Made by a program: the position numbers and the translations under genes. 64,000 nt of DNA, from positions 544,001 through 608,000 of the forward strand of contig CAWKKR010000007.1 of assembly GCA_963850305.1 (NCBI GenBank). Direction: 5' to 3'. Below are positions 19,292 through 29,044 of this stretch, in pieces. The notes under the pieces were generated by a model. That model was not told the origin of the DNA and did not search any database. It worked only from the letters and a program-made list of their open reading frames with translations. How positions within the stretch are numbered: the first letter of the stretch is position 1; each line of letters begins with the position of its first letter. Source of the DNA: an uncultured delta proteobacterium. Its GTDB lineage: Bacteria > Myxococcota_A > Polyangia > Polyangiales > Polyangiaceae.

Positions 19292-19687
19292 GTGACCGAT
19301 TATCGCCTTCGATATCGCGGAACGCTCTTTCCCATCCGCGGGGGCGAAGCCACCCTCGGCCGGTCGAGTTACGCGTCGATCGTCGTCAATAACCCCCTCG
19401 CCTCGAGAGAGCATGCCTTGGTTCGCGAGGCTCCCGGTCGCCTGGAGGTGACCAATCTCGGGAGCAAGAATGGCACTTTCGTCAATGGTGCCCGGGTCGA
19501 GGGGGTCTGTCCGGTACATGTCGGGGACCAAATCAGAGTCGGCACCGACGTTATCGAAGTGTCGGTCGCGTCCGCACAGGACCCAAGTACTCTTCGTGTC
19601 GCGACCGAACCCGGGCACAAGTCTGCAGGGTCCGCGTTCCTGGGGGACGAAGAAACCGAAACCGGGCGTGAGGAAGAGAGAGCATAG
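19292..19687 (+). CDS. FHA-domain protein
   Basis: TLGRS, ASREHA, GSKNGTFVNG. Confidence 0.88.
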   Translation: MTDYRLRYRGTLFPIRGGEATLGRSSYASIVVNNPLASREHALVREAPGRLEVTNLGSKNGTFVNGARVEGVCPVHVGDQIRVGTDVIEVSVASAQDPSTLRVATEPGHKSAGSAFLGDEETETGREEERA

Positions 19688-19689
19688 TC

Positions 19690-20349
19690 GTGTCCACACA
19701 TACCATCACGATCGACGATAGGCTCCACGCTTACCTGCTCGGCACCGTGCGTGAGCCGCCGGTTCTCGCGCGGCTTCGCGAAGAGACGGCGAAGCTTCCG
19801 GAGGGAGGCATGCAGATATCGCCCGAACAAGGCCAGCTCATGGCGTTCCTCGTGGAGACGCTGGGTGTCCGGCGCGCGCTCGAGATCGGGGTCTTCACCG
19901 GGTACAGTTCGACCCGAGTAGCGCTCGCGTTGCCCCAGGACGGTCATCTCGTCGCGTGCGACGTGAGTGACGAATGGACGAGCGTGGCGCGCCGCTACTG
20001 GCGCGAAGCCGGCGTGGAGAAGCGCATCGAGCTCCGTCTCGGGCCGGCTCTCTCGACGCTCGACGCGCTCCTCGCCGAAGGCGCCGCGGCGAGCTTCGAC
20101 TTTGCCTTCGTCGATGCAGATAAGGAAAATTACCCGCCCTACTACGAGAAATGCCTCGCGCTCGTCCGGACGGGAGGTGTGATCGCATTCGATAACACGC
20201 TCTGGAGCGGGCGCGTCGCGAACCCCGAGGATCGGAGCGAGACGACTGTCGCCATCCGCGCGCTGAACAAGACGCTCGCCGCCGACCCGCGCGTGTCGGC
20301 CTCGCTCGTTCCGATCGGCGACGGCCTGTTCCTGGCCCGAAAGCGGTGA
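19690..20349 (+). CDS. Cation-dependent SAM O-methyltransferase (caffeoyl-CoA OMT family)
   Basis: MQISPEQG, LEIGVFTGYS, FVDADKENY, DNTLWSG. Confidence 0.95.
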   Translation: MSTHTITIDDRLHAYLLGTVREPPVLARLREETAKLPEGGMQISPEQGQLMAFLVETLGVRRALEIGVFTGYSSTRVALALPQDGHLVACDVSDEWTSVARRYWREAGVEKRIELRLGPALSTLDALLAEGAAASFDFAFVDADKENYPPYYEKCLALVRTGGVIAFDNTLWSGRVANPEDRSETTVAIRALNKTLAADPRVSASLVPIGDGLFLARKR

Positions 20350-20588
20350 GCTGGGCCAAGGCGCCCGGGACCCAGGCGGCGGGGGCAGCGGACCGGACGG
20401 GCGGTGAGACGACACCTGCGCGCCGGAAGGCGAGCTACGTGTCCGGAAGCGCGCGCCGAGGGCGCGGGAAGGCGAACCGGGGGTCACTCTCCACAGGTGA
20501 CCGCGCGTCGAGCATATTGGAAACGATCAGAGCATGCTGCCCGCGCGTCATCGACCCCCTGCGCAAATGATCGATTTCGGCTTGGAAT

Positions 20589-21485
20589 CTACCTGATCGG
20601 CGCTCCTGTATCTTCCGGGAGTGCGTCGAACGTTCCGAGGAGGCGTACTCCCCACCCGTTCGCTTCCAGAGCCGCCAGCACTTCGCGGCCGTGCGAGTTC
20701 TGATGGATGTCCATGTGGAACACGTACGCCCATGGTCGGCTCCGGGCCGGGCGCGATTCGATGCGGCAAAGGTTCACGTCGTGCTGCTTGAGCAACGATA
20801 GGATCTCGTGAAGCAGCCCCGGCCGATCCGTCCGCGGGTCGATCACGAAGGACGCCTTGTTCCGCGAGAAATCCGGCGCGCGGGCCTCTTCACGGCGGCG
20901 GACGACGAGGAAGCGAGTCGTGTTCTCCGGGTCGTCCTGAATGTCGTCAGCGACGATCAGTTCCGGAACATCATCCCCGTAGGCGACGGGGACGATCGCC
21001 GCGACCCGCGCTCCCGACTCGATCGACCTGAGCCTGTCGCCACTGTCCGTGTTCGAGTGCGTGAACGTGACGGCCACATTCGGCAGCCGCACGCCGAGAA
21101 ACGTCGCGCATTGCTCGTGGCTGGCTGGATGAGTGAATACGCGAGTCACCTGAGGGAGAGGTGCGTTCGCGAGCAATCGGAACCGCACGCGCACCTCGAG
21201 TTCGGACTCGATGACGACGTCATGCTCGAGCAGGCCCTCCCGTGCCGCGGCAACGGTTCCGATCGACGAATTTTCGATCGGAACCACGCCGACGGTGTGC
21301 GCCTCGATTGCCGTCCGGCGGAACACGTCGCGCACCGTGGGCGTGAACACCACCCCCGCAGCGTGGCCTCGGCGCCCGAGTGATCGCTCGACGCGCCGGG
21401 CGGCCTGATCGCTGAAGGTCCCGGGAGGGCCGAGCGCGAAAATTTGCGAGATGCTCGGCGGCGCGTCGTCGCGTGGCGACATCAT
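20589..21485 (-). CDS. pheA: Prephenate dehydratase (PDT + ACT, no chorismate mutase domain)
   Basis: LGPPGTFS, VPIENS, NTTRF, NLCRIESRP. Confidence 0.92.
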   Translation of the reverse strand: MMSPRDDAPPSISQIFALGPPGTFSDQAARRVERSLGRRGHAAGVVFTPTVRDVFRRTAIEAHTVGVVPIENSSIGTVAAAREGLLEHDVVIESELEVRVRFRLLANAPLPQVTRVFTHPASHEQCATFLGVRLPNVAVTFTHSNTDSGDRLRSIESGARVAAIVPVAYGDDVPELIVADDIQDDPENTTRFLVVRRREEARAPDFSRNKASFVIDPRTDRPGLLHEILSLLKQHDVNLCRIESRPARSRPWAYVFHMDIHQNSHGREVLAALEANGWGVRLLGTFDALPEDTGAPIR

Positions 21486-21691
21486 GGTCGGGCGCGTTTT
21501 ATCACGTCGCTCGGGCCTGGCTCTTCACGAAAGCGCCGATCCGTTCGATGGCGGGTCAGGACTCCTTCACGAACGTCGCGAAGGCCTGGAACACGTGGAT
21601 ATGCCCCTGCTCGATGCAAGAGCGCGCCGAGCACCTCGTAGCGCACTGAAGGGGCTCACCCTAACACCCCTCGCGGGCGGGTCGGGCGGCG

Positions 21692-22216
21692 CTACCAGCG
21701 CTTCAGGCGCTCTTTTTCCGTCTCGAGCCGCACCGCGAACTCCCGCTCGAGCCTTTCCGCGTCGCCATCCGAGAGTACTTTGTGCGCCTCGTGGAAGAGT
21801 TCATGCTCCTCCTCTTCTATGTGTTGCTCGACCATCCGCATCATGCTGTCGAACGTCCCGGGCCACGCCATTTCGTTCGGCGCCATGGCGTTGAGCGTCA
21901 GGAGCAGCTCGTTTATCTCGTGGTGTTCCTCGAGCGCGTGGAGCGCGAGCGCGCGGGTCTCCCCGAACTCCGCGAGTGCCGCGTAGAAGACGATCTCTTC
22001 TGCTAGTGCGTGGGCAAGCAGCGCGGCGTGGATTTCCGGAAACCAGGCGGCGCGAACGTCAGCGTGGCTCGTCGCGGAGATCCGATTCATCAGGTCCAAA
22101 ATCGCCGCGTGCTCCGTCTTGAGGCGTCTGAAGATCCCCTTGTCGCTGCGAAATCCAGCGGCGGTCGCCCGCATTTTGCCGACCAGCCGGCTCGTCAATT
22201 CGGAGGGTGTTGCCAT
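21692..22216 (-). CDS. Hemerythrin-domain protein
   Basis: LKTEH, HALAEE..FY, EEHHEI, HIEEEE..LF. Confidence 0.88.
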   Translation of the reverse strand: MATPSELTSRLVGKMRATAAGFRSDKGIFRRLKTEHAAILDLMNRISATSHADVRAAWFPEIHAALLAHALAEEIVFYAALAEFGETRALALHALEEHHEINELLLTLNAMAPNEMAWPGTFDSMMRMVEQHIEEEEHELFHEAHKVLSDGDAERLEREFAVRLETEKERLKRW

Positions 22217-22288
22217 GACGGGGGAACGTGCATCGCTCGTACCAGGCCATGTGGGGTGCCAGGCGAATCGCGCGGCGGCAGGGTCGAG

Positions 22289-23203
22289 CTACAGATCGAA
22301 CGCGACTTCCGCGGCGACGTCCATGGATACGACGGTGCGGTCTTTCACAATCCAGAACGTTGGGGCTAGGAGATCGAACTCGAGGTGGCTCGAGTCGCCG
22401 ATGGGAAATGAGAGACCGGCGGCCAGGCGCAGAAACGGTCCGTTCTTCGGCAGGTATCCGCTCCCGAACCGAAGCGGGATCCGGAACCCAGAGTCGCCCG
22501 AGCCATGCAGTCGATACTCGAGCTGCGCGTAGCCTAGGACGTTGCCCGTCCGCCCGTCCTTGCCCTTCAAGTTTGCGTAACCCAGATATCCCCCGAGGGC
22601 GACATCGTCGGTGAAGCCGTAGTCGTAGCGAGCGCCGAGAAGCTGATTGTAGAAGGGATGCTCCGAGACGCCGAAGGCTCCCTCGGTCTGGATAGCAATG
22701 CGCGAGCGCGGGGGCCTGGAGGGGAGCGGGATCTGTGAAGGCGCGGGCGTCGGCGCGAAGGACACCGGAAGCAGCAGTGAACGCACGAGCCGCGCGACGG
22801 TGGCTTCCAGAGTGGTCGCGTCCGCCTCCCCCCGCTCGAGGAACGGCCCGGTCCTGTCGGCGTTCGCCACGATGAACGTCACTGCGTAGTGACCGTTCTC
22901 CGAGGACAAGGTCGCCCCCACGGCATGATCGGCCCGGGCTCCGATCGCGACGGCGAGCAGATCCGCGGGCGTCGGGCCGCCAGGCCCGATGCGTGCCGCG
23001 AGCTCGGCTGTCGTCGTTTCCGGTGTCATGCGATAGCCGAGGCGAGCGGCGGTCGCGTAGAGCTGGCTCGTGACCGCGGCGAGCGATTGAGCGGGCATGC
23101 CGACACCGCGGGCATCCACGACCGCGATCGACGGGCTCTCTGCGCGGGCGGCAACCGGCCACGACAGAGACGCAGCGACGACCATCACGAGGACGGCTCT
23201 CAT
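22289..23203 (-). CDS. Exported protein with C-terminal small beta-barrel-like domain
   Basis: Start ATG 23203 (ATGA overlap); signal peptide MRAVLV..ARA; alternating amphipathic strands (LLGARYDYG, LGGYLGYAN, YAQLEYR, LAAGLSF), ending EVAFDL. Confidence 0.75.
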   Translation of the reverse strand: MRAVLVMVVAASLSWPVAARAESPSIAVVDARGVGMPAQSLAAVTSQLYATAARLGYRMTPETTTAELAARIGPGGPTPADLLAVAIGARADHAVGATLSSENGHYAVTFIVANADRTGPFLERGEADATTLEATVARLVRSLLLPVSFAPTPAPSQIPLPSRPPRSRIAIQTEGAFGVSEHPFYNQLLGARYDYGFTDDVALGGYLGYANLKGKDGRTGNVLGYAQLEYRLHGSGDSGFRIPLRFGSGYLPKNGPFLRLAAGLSFPIGDSSHLEFDLLAPTFWIVKDRTVVSMDVAAEVAFDL

Positions 23204-25239
23204 GGCGCACCGCTGCCGACCGGCCCCAGCGCTCGCTCGGCCGCATCCAGTAGTGCCGCTGCGTACGGTGCATTGTGCGCGTCCGCCGCCGGATCTTCGA
23301 GAACCAGTGCGATGTCCCACGCTGCACGACTTCGTGGCGTCGCCTGGTCGAGTGCGACCGGGTTTGCGTGAAGAGGAGCGGTGCCGGACACGACGTCGGT
23401 CGTTCGCTGGACGCGCTTCCACAGCGCTTCTGCACGTTCACGGAGAAACTCCACCGGTTTCTCGGTGTGACACCGCGTGCACTCGTCGCGGCGCGCCGCG
23501 AACGCATGGTCCGCGCCGAGTTCGAGTGTCGCCGGACCGTTGCGATGGCACCCAACGCAACCGCCCTCGATGGCGAGGTGCGGGGCAGGACCGTTCAGAG
23601 GTTTCCCATTTTCCGGACTCACGCCCCCGCGTCCTGCCCAGATCGCCGCTGCGCTGGCGGAGGGCGTGGATTGCGTTCCATCCGGCGCGTGGCAGGAGAC
23701 GCAGATGCGCCCGCGCTCCGCCGACGCGGGCAAGCCACGGAACATTGACGGAAGCGGGACGTCGCGGAGCAGGGATGCTGCGGACGCTCGACCAGCCGCG
23801 ACACCGTGAGCCGGATGAACGTCGTGGCACGCGGAGCAGGCGATCCCAATCGCACCGATCGCATCGGGGGCTTTCCAGTCGTTCCGGCCGAGGAACCCCC
23901 AGGTCGTATGGCAGCGCGCGCACGCGCCGTCGGTACGGGTCCGTGGGTCCGCGTCGGCGCGAGCCATGCGCGATGTGCGCCAGGCAACCACGTGGCCATA
24001 GCGTGGCGGCGCGTCGTGGCAGGTCGCACAGACGTCCGCGCGCAGGATCGCGAATCGCCCTCCGGGTTCCGGAATCGCTCCCGGGCCGTGGCAGCCGAGG
24101 CATCCGACGCCTCCGAGGCGTCGGAGCGCGCTCGGGAGATCGCGCCACCCCGTCCGCGCGATGTCGCGGGCGTCGATGCCGAGCTCGCGTGCGACGGCGA
24201 CGAAGCCACCGTCGTCGATGCCGGGCTCGCCCGTCGCATGGCACCCGATGGCGCAGCCCGGATAATCTCCCGGGAACGGCTTTGCAAGGCCGCGTTCGAG
24301 CACCGTCGCCATGGGGCTCGAGCGCGCCGCCTCGGCGAGGCCCGCGTGACAGTTGCTGCGCCCGCAATCCAGGGGCGTCTCGTCGTACTTTCCTGCCACG
24401 ATCCGGAGGGAGCGGCCCGCGCTGTCGATGAGCGTGTAGCTGCCGCGGAGGTCAGGCAAGAGCGAGGCGACACCGTCAGCTTCGTAGATCGTTGCGCGAG
24501 AGCCGAGCGGCAAGGACGACAGCCGAAAGCCCTCGCCGCCGAAGTAAAGACGGGTACCGAGCGCGACGTTCGGCAGGCCATGGGAACGGGCGGCGGCGCC
24601 GACGTGCAGCACGCGGATGATCTTCGCCCTCGCCCCCCCGGTCCACCTCGCCGTGAGCTCCACCTCGCCGCGCGTGCGCGGCGAGAGGGGAATGATGCCC
24701 CACGGCGGCTCCGCGCCGAGCGCATCGCGAAGACTCGGCATCGTCGCGAGGAAGCGATAGCCATCTCGCCCGACGTGAACGTTTCTGAGCGGCGCACCCG
24801 CGGTTTGCCGCCACGCAATGCGCCCAGCTGCCGCCTCCGGACAGCCGGGCGTCACGCCGATGTCGAGCGTCGCACCGAAGCCCATTGCGGGCGCTGGCGC
24901 ACCGAAGTCGAGCCACGGTACCGAGACGCGGTGCACCGTCCGGCCCGAACGCACGTCGAGATCGGGGATGACGAGCGGACAGGCGCCGTCCGAGAGCAAG
25001 ACGACTCCACCCGCCCGGTTCGCGTCGAGTTCGACGACTATCTTAGAGCCTGACAGCGTGAGATGCCGTACGGCAAGGCCCTGCGCGCGCGTGTGCGCCA
25101 GGTCGATTCCGCTATACGGTGTAGTTTCGACGACGAGCCACGTCGTTTTCGGCGCCGCGTGCCCGCAAGCGACGATCGCAGCGGCGAACAGCAGCGTGGA
25201 AGCGACACGAAGCGTTTTCAGGGAACCCCCTGCATGCAC
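23200..25239 (-). CDS. Multiheme c-type cytochrome lipoprotein (7 CxxCH + 2 atypical motifs)
   Basis: IVAC lipobox; CGRSNCH, CAIGCH, CLGCH, CATCH, CARCH, CSACH, CVSCH, CVGCH, CTRCH. Start is GTG 25239 or CTG 25221; the ORF-track start at 26160 overlaps another gene. Confidence 0.88.
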   Translation of the reverse strand: MHAGGSLKTLRVASTLLFAAAIVACGHAAPKTTWLVVETTPYSGIDLAHTRAQGLAVRHLTLSGSKIVVELDANRAGGVVLLSDGACPLVIPDLDVRSGRTVHRVSVPWLDFGAPAPAMGFGATLDIGVTPGCPEAAAGRIAWRQTAGAPLRNVHVGRDGYRFLATMPSLRDALGAEPPWGIIPLSPRTRGEVELTARWTGGARAKIIRVLHVGAAARSHGLPNVALGTRLYFGGEGFRLSSLPLGSRATIYEADGVASLLPDLRGSYTLIDSAGRSLRIVAGKYDETPLDCGRSNCHAGLAEAARSSPMATVLERGLAKPFPGDYPGCAIGCHATGEPGIDDGGFVAVARELGIDARDIARTGWRDLPSALRRLGGVGCLGCHGPGAIPEPGGRFAILRADVCATCHDAPPRYGHVVAWRTSRMARADADPRTRTDGACARCHTTWGFLGRNDWKAPDAIGAIGIACSACHDVHPAHGVAAGRASAASLLRDVPLPSMFRGLPASAERGRICVSCHAPDGTQSTPSASAAAIWAGRGGVSPENGKPLNGPAPHLAIEGGCVGCHRNGPATLELGADHAFAARRDECTRCHTEKPVEFLRERAEALWKRVQRTTDVVSGTAPLHANPVALDQATPRSRAAWDIALVLEDPAADAHNAPYAAALLDAAERALGPVGSGAP

Positions 25240-25991
25240 GTCCCAAGGCGACACTGGCCGCAGTCTTCGTCTAGCCAGCACGCGGGCAACGGGTCGACGG
25301 GGACGCAGATCGCATCGACGCACGATAGCCCGCTGACACACGGGTGCATCCGGTCGCACGCGTCGGTCACGGCGTGGGCGGTGGAATCGCGCATGCATGT
25401 TCGGACGAGGCCGTCCTTCGGCTCGTAGCGGCAGCGCCACCCGCGCGGTTCGCCGTCGGGAAAGTCCGGTGAGAGGTCCACACAGATCCGTTCTCCGGGG
25501 ACCGCCTTTGTCCCGCGCCGCTGGCCGCACTCGAAGCCCGTGTCGGCAGCGCCAGGCGGAACTCCCGCCGCATGCGTCGACCCGCGACAGACGACGATGC
25601 CGGCGAAGTCCGCGCACTCCCATTCGCCGTCGTCGGGCATGCGCGGGTGAGGTTGCTCGCAGACGGCGCCGCGGCAGGCGAACGGCGGCGCGTAGCGGGT
25701 CCTGTCCACGCAGCGCCGCGACGGTCCCGAACCCGTGCAGCGGAAACCCAGCGGCGACAGGGCGACGGCCGGCAGCGGACGCGCGCGTACGGCGGGAATG
25801 CCGGCGTCCCAGCACACGCGACGATCTCCGACATCCGTACACCACCCGCCAGGCTCGTCCGCAGGCGAAGGCCAGGCCGTCGAGATTGTCATCGGTACGG
25901 GCGCGTCGCGGCGAGCACACCCCAACGGCAAGAGGCAGGGGGTGCACCACGCGAATCGAGCGACGACTCTGAAGCAGCAAGCGACGCTCAT
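25218..25991 (-). CDS. Cys-rich putative lipoprotein
   Basis: ATG 25991 overlaps the upstream stop (ATGA); LPLGC lipobox-like; many Cys. Confidence 0.72.
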   Translation of the reverse strand: MSVACCFRVVARFAWCTPCLLPLGCARRDAPVPMTISTAWPSPADEPGGWCTDVGDRRVCWDAGIPAVRARPLPAVALSPLGFRCTGSGPSRRCVDRTRYAPPFACRGAVCEQPHPRMPDDGEWECADFAGIVVCRGSTHAAGVPPGAADTGFECGQRRGTKAVPGERICVDLSPDFPDGEPRGWRCRYEPKDGLVRTCMRDSTAHAVTDACDRMHPCVSGLSCVDAICVPVDPLPACWLDEDCGQCRLGTCMQGVP

Positions 25992-26872
25992 GAGGCGCGA
26001 CGATAACGGCGTCGAGCCAGCAACGAAAGCACGAGTACGCTCGTGGCGATGGGGGCGGCGGGCGAGGAAGTGTTCGACGAGGCCTCGTGGGCGGCGACGC
26101 GACATCCGTAGAAGAACGGGGGCGGGGTCGTGGTCGCGCAGACCTCCTCGCTCGCGCCACCGGACGTTGCCCCGGCGAGGTCGCGTACGAACGCAGCGAA
26201 GCAGACGTGGCCTGTCCCGTCGGAGATCGACGTCTCGACGCGCACGCTCTGGCCCGTGGTCGGAAGGTGTGTCGTCAGTACCGGGATGGGGGGCGCGTCC
26301 GCGTCGATGTTCGGGCCCTTGGTCTGGAAGATCGCGAGCGCGAGCAGGGCCGTCCCGAAGTCGTCGCTCGCCGCGCCTGGCGTGAGATCGAACGCGAAGC
26401 GATCTTCGAGATCGTTCGTGCAAGCGTCGCTCTCGCGCTCGACGTCCCATTCGACGTGCGAGAGCCCGTTGAACGTCGGCGCGACCGTGTCCGCGCCGGA
26501 GCCCGTCGTGAAGTGCACCACTTCACCCGAGCCCTGAGTCGCGGTGTCGATTCCGCGGAGCGCGGGCCACGTGATCGCGTACGAGTCGCCCCCGACGAGT
26601 CCTTCGGGCGGAATCACGACGAGCAGCCCCTCGGTATCGTCGAACGTGCCGTCGACGGTGACGGAGCCGGCCCCGACGTGCTCGAAATCGATGCTCTCGT
26701 TCTGGTATTCGGCCGTCGGCGCGTAATACGCCGAAAGGGTCGCGTTCGTGGGGACATTCTTGGCGCCGTCCGCAGGGAATGTCGTCAGCAGGTCGGGTTT
26801 ACCGCACGTGTCCGCGTGCGCGGGCGTGGCCACGACTGCGACCGTGAGTCCAAGGACGAATCTTCGCATCAC
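25988..26872 (-). CDS. Exported Ig-like (Big_5-like) protein with MYXO-CTERM-like tail
   Basis: Signal peptide ..AHA; TFPADGAKNVPTN..FTTG; tail YGCRV..VLVLSLLARRRYRR. Confidence 0.78.
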   Translation of the reverse strand: MMRRFVLGLTVAVVATPAHADTCGKPDLLTTFPADGAKNVPTNATLSAYYAPTAEYQNESIDFEHVGAGSVTVDGTFDDTEGLLVVIPPEGLVGGDSYAITWPALRGIDTATQGSGEVVHFTTGSGADTVAPTFNGLSHVEWDVERESDACTNDLEDRFAFDLTPGAASDDFGTALLALAIFQTKGPNIDADAPPIPVLTTHLPTTGQSVRVETSISDGTGHVCFAAFVRDLAGATSGGASEEVCATTTPPPFFYGCRVAAHEASSNTSSPAAPIATSVLVLSLLARRRYRRAS

Positions 26873-27567
26873 GGACTGCACGTCACTTCGCCGCACTGCC
26901 CGACCATGTCATCGTGGTCGCCGTCGCCGTCGAGATCATAGTCGTCGTGACAGCAGTAGCCGTGGTCGACGCAACATTGTTCGAGCTGCCGCGAGTCCTT
27001 GTACTCGGACGACACCGCGGCGCACTCGGGTGGTACAGGGCTCTCCTTGCACGTGCCGAACGACCGCCCGTCGGCCGCACACGTCTCGGTGGCCCAGTAA
27101 GCGCAATAGGAGAGGAAGCAGACTCGCTCGCTCCCCGGGATGCAGGTCTCGCAGCGCGACGGGCACGCGCTGTAACGCCCGGCGACGCAATATTGGTCGC
27201 CGCCGCTCGCGCAGGGGATCGGCGGCAGGCCGTCGTCCACGACGCCGTTGCAGTCATCGTCGATGCCGTTGCACACTTCCGCGTGAGGGACGCACCCGGG
27301 GGCCGTCTTCGTCGGCGGTTTGGAGACTGGCGGGCCCGGCGGTGCTCGTCCCGCATCGGTCACGGTGACGATGGGGAGTACAGAAGCGTCCGACGTCGGC
27401 ACCGGGCTCACGACGGTGCCGACAGAACCCCCGATTCCAGAATCGACTCCGGGGGGCGTGGCTCCGCCAACACCGTCGATGGCGGAGAAGTCATCGAAGC
27501 CCGTTCGACTGCAGGCGCCCAGAACGAGCGCCGCGACGCTGAGCGAAGCGGCTCGGAGGAGCGTCAC
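26869..27567 (-). CDS. Lipoprotein with a MopE-like putative metal-binding motif
   Basis: LGAC lipobox; EVCNGIDDDCNGVVDD; acidic DLDGDGD motif; probable GTG start 27567. Confidence 0.78.
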   Translation of the reverse strand: MTLLRAASLSVAALVLGACSRTGFDDFSAIDGVGGATPPGVDSGIGGSVGTVVSPVPTSDASVLPIVTVTDAGRAPPGPPVSKPPTKTAPGCVPHAEVCNGIDDDCNGVVDDGLPPIPCASGGDQYCVAGRYSACPSRCETCIPGSERVCFLSYCAYWATETCAADGRSFGTCKESPVPPECAAVSSEYKDSRQLEQCCVDHGYCCHDDYDLDGDGDHDDMVGQCGEVTCSP

Positions 27568-27612
27568 ATTGGAACGGTAACAGCTTGGCACGGTGTTCGC
27601 CATTGTGGCCCA

Positions 27613-28572
27613 ATGCAATTGATGTGCGCAGCACCGTGTCCGTCCCGCCGAGCGAGCGTTGCGCTCGTCTTGAGCCTATCGATCGGCATCGCGACCGTGG
27701 ACGCACGCGGGCAAAACCACGGCGTTTCCGAGCCGCCTTCGCTATCGGCGCCGACCACGCCGGAGCCCTCGGCAATCAACGGCGCGTCGGCACCGGGCGC
27801 CCCGGCGTTCACGGTCGGATCTGCCCCGGCGTTCACACCCGCCCCCGGAATCGGTCCACAGGGAACGTCCGGTGCCGGCGCCTATTCGCAAGCGCGCGGC
27901 CCTCGGATCGCCGAGCCTCCGGCCGACGCGAGCGACGCGCGCTGGAACGACGCCAACGCGGATCGAGTCGTGCTCGTGCCGACGGCGGCGACGCATCCGG
28001 CCGGCACCTGGTACCTGTCGGACTACGACGTCGTCGTGGTGCAAACGGGTTACGCGTTGACCGACCGCATGCAGCTCTCACTGACGTTGACTCCACCACT
28101 CTCGAAGGACTTCTTGCTGCCGATCGATCTCACCTTGAAGGGCGTCGTCGCACGGGCGCCGCGGGTGCGAGTCGCGTTGCTCGGATCGGTTTCGGGGCTT
28201 CTCGGCTACGAAGGCGGCGAGGCCCTGCTAGGTCGTGTGGGCGGAGCGACGGAGCTCTGTTTCGACGACGATTGCCGTTCGAGCGTCAGCGTGGCCGCCG
28301 ACATGCTGCTCGCCGGAGGGGCGATAGTGTTCACGGATGGTGTCGGCGCGATCATCCGGGCCAACGACACCGTCGCGTTTCTCTTCGAGTTGCAGAGTGC
28401 GCTGCCCATCGGGTCCGCTGACGGCCAGTACAACGTGCTCGCAGGAGCCTCGGGGCTCCGCTTGTCCGGGAGGACCTGGGGCGTCGATCTCGCAGCCGAG
28501 GCGCCGCTCGACCGGCGCACGAGTCCACAGCTCATTCCGTTCGTTGCCGGGACATACCGGTTCCTGCCATGA
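27613..28572 (+). CDS. Exported protein, probable outer-membrane beta-barrel
   Basis: Signal peptide, Pro-rich linker, LVPTAAT.PAG then amphipathic strands, ending PFVAGTYRFLP. Confidence 0.7.
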   Translation: MQLMCAAPCPSRRASVALVLSLSIGIATVDARGQNHGVSEPPSLSAPTTPEPSAINGASAPGAPAFTVGSAPAFTPAPGIGPQGTSGAGAYSQARGPRIAEPPADASDARWNDANADRVVLVPTAATHPAGTWYLSDYDVVVVQTGYALTDRMQLSLTLTPPLSKDFLLPIDLTLKGVVARAPRVRVALLGSVSGLLGYEGGEALLGRVGGATELCFDDDCRSSVSVAADMLLAGGAIVFTDGVGAIIRANDTVAFLFELQSALPIGSADGQYNVLAGASGLRLSGRTWGVDLAAEAPLDRRTSPQLIPFVAGTYRFLP

Positions 28573-29044
28573 CCGGCCTCCGTCTCAGATCCTGTACCTG
28601 GAATGGCCCTAGAATTCGGTATCGAGTTGCTGAATAGCTACCGATGCGGTCGACTGAGGGACAGTTTTGGTACTTCGATAGGTGAATCTCGGAGACCGCG
28701 ACGTATGGAAGCAACATCGCGCCGCACACGCTCCCGGGGCACACGCAGTGAGGAGGGGGTCGGCCACGAGAGCGGAGCCCGCGACTATGGGCTCGGCCTG
28801 GGGGGTGGGGGCGGCCTGCGCTGAGCAAAGGTTACCCCAGGGAGCCAGTCCGCCGTCAAGAGCCGTTCGAACGGACCGCGGGTTCGATCGTCTCGGTCGG
28901 TTTTTCCGGGGTAACTCGAAATCTCAGGGATCGGGACGCTAGGGGCCATTGCCTTCGCGGGGGGCGCTGGTAGTTTTGCCGTCGATTTTGATGGCTTCGA
29001 CTGCGGCCTCCCCCGTGTCATCCGAAGCCAGGAAGCTCTCGCGC

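Noticed and set aside
25240..26160. N-terminal part of the 986-aa cytochrome ORF
   Set aside because: Arg-rich shadow frame overlapping the 25218-25991 gene; the lipoprotein signal begins near 25221-25239.
28860..28915. GGTTCGATC resembling a tRNA T-loop
   Set aside because: No compatible T-stem, D-arm or acceptor stem.
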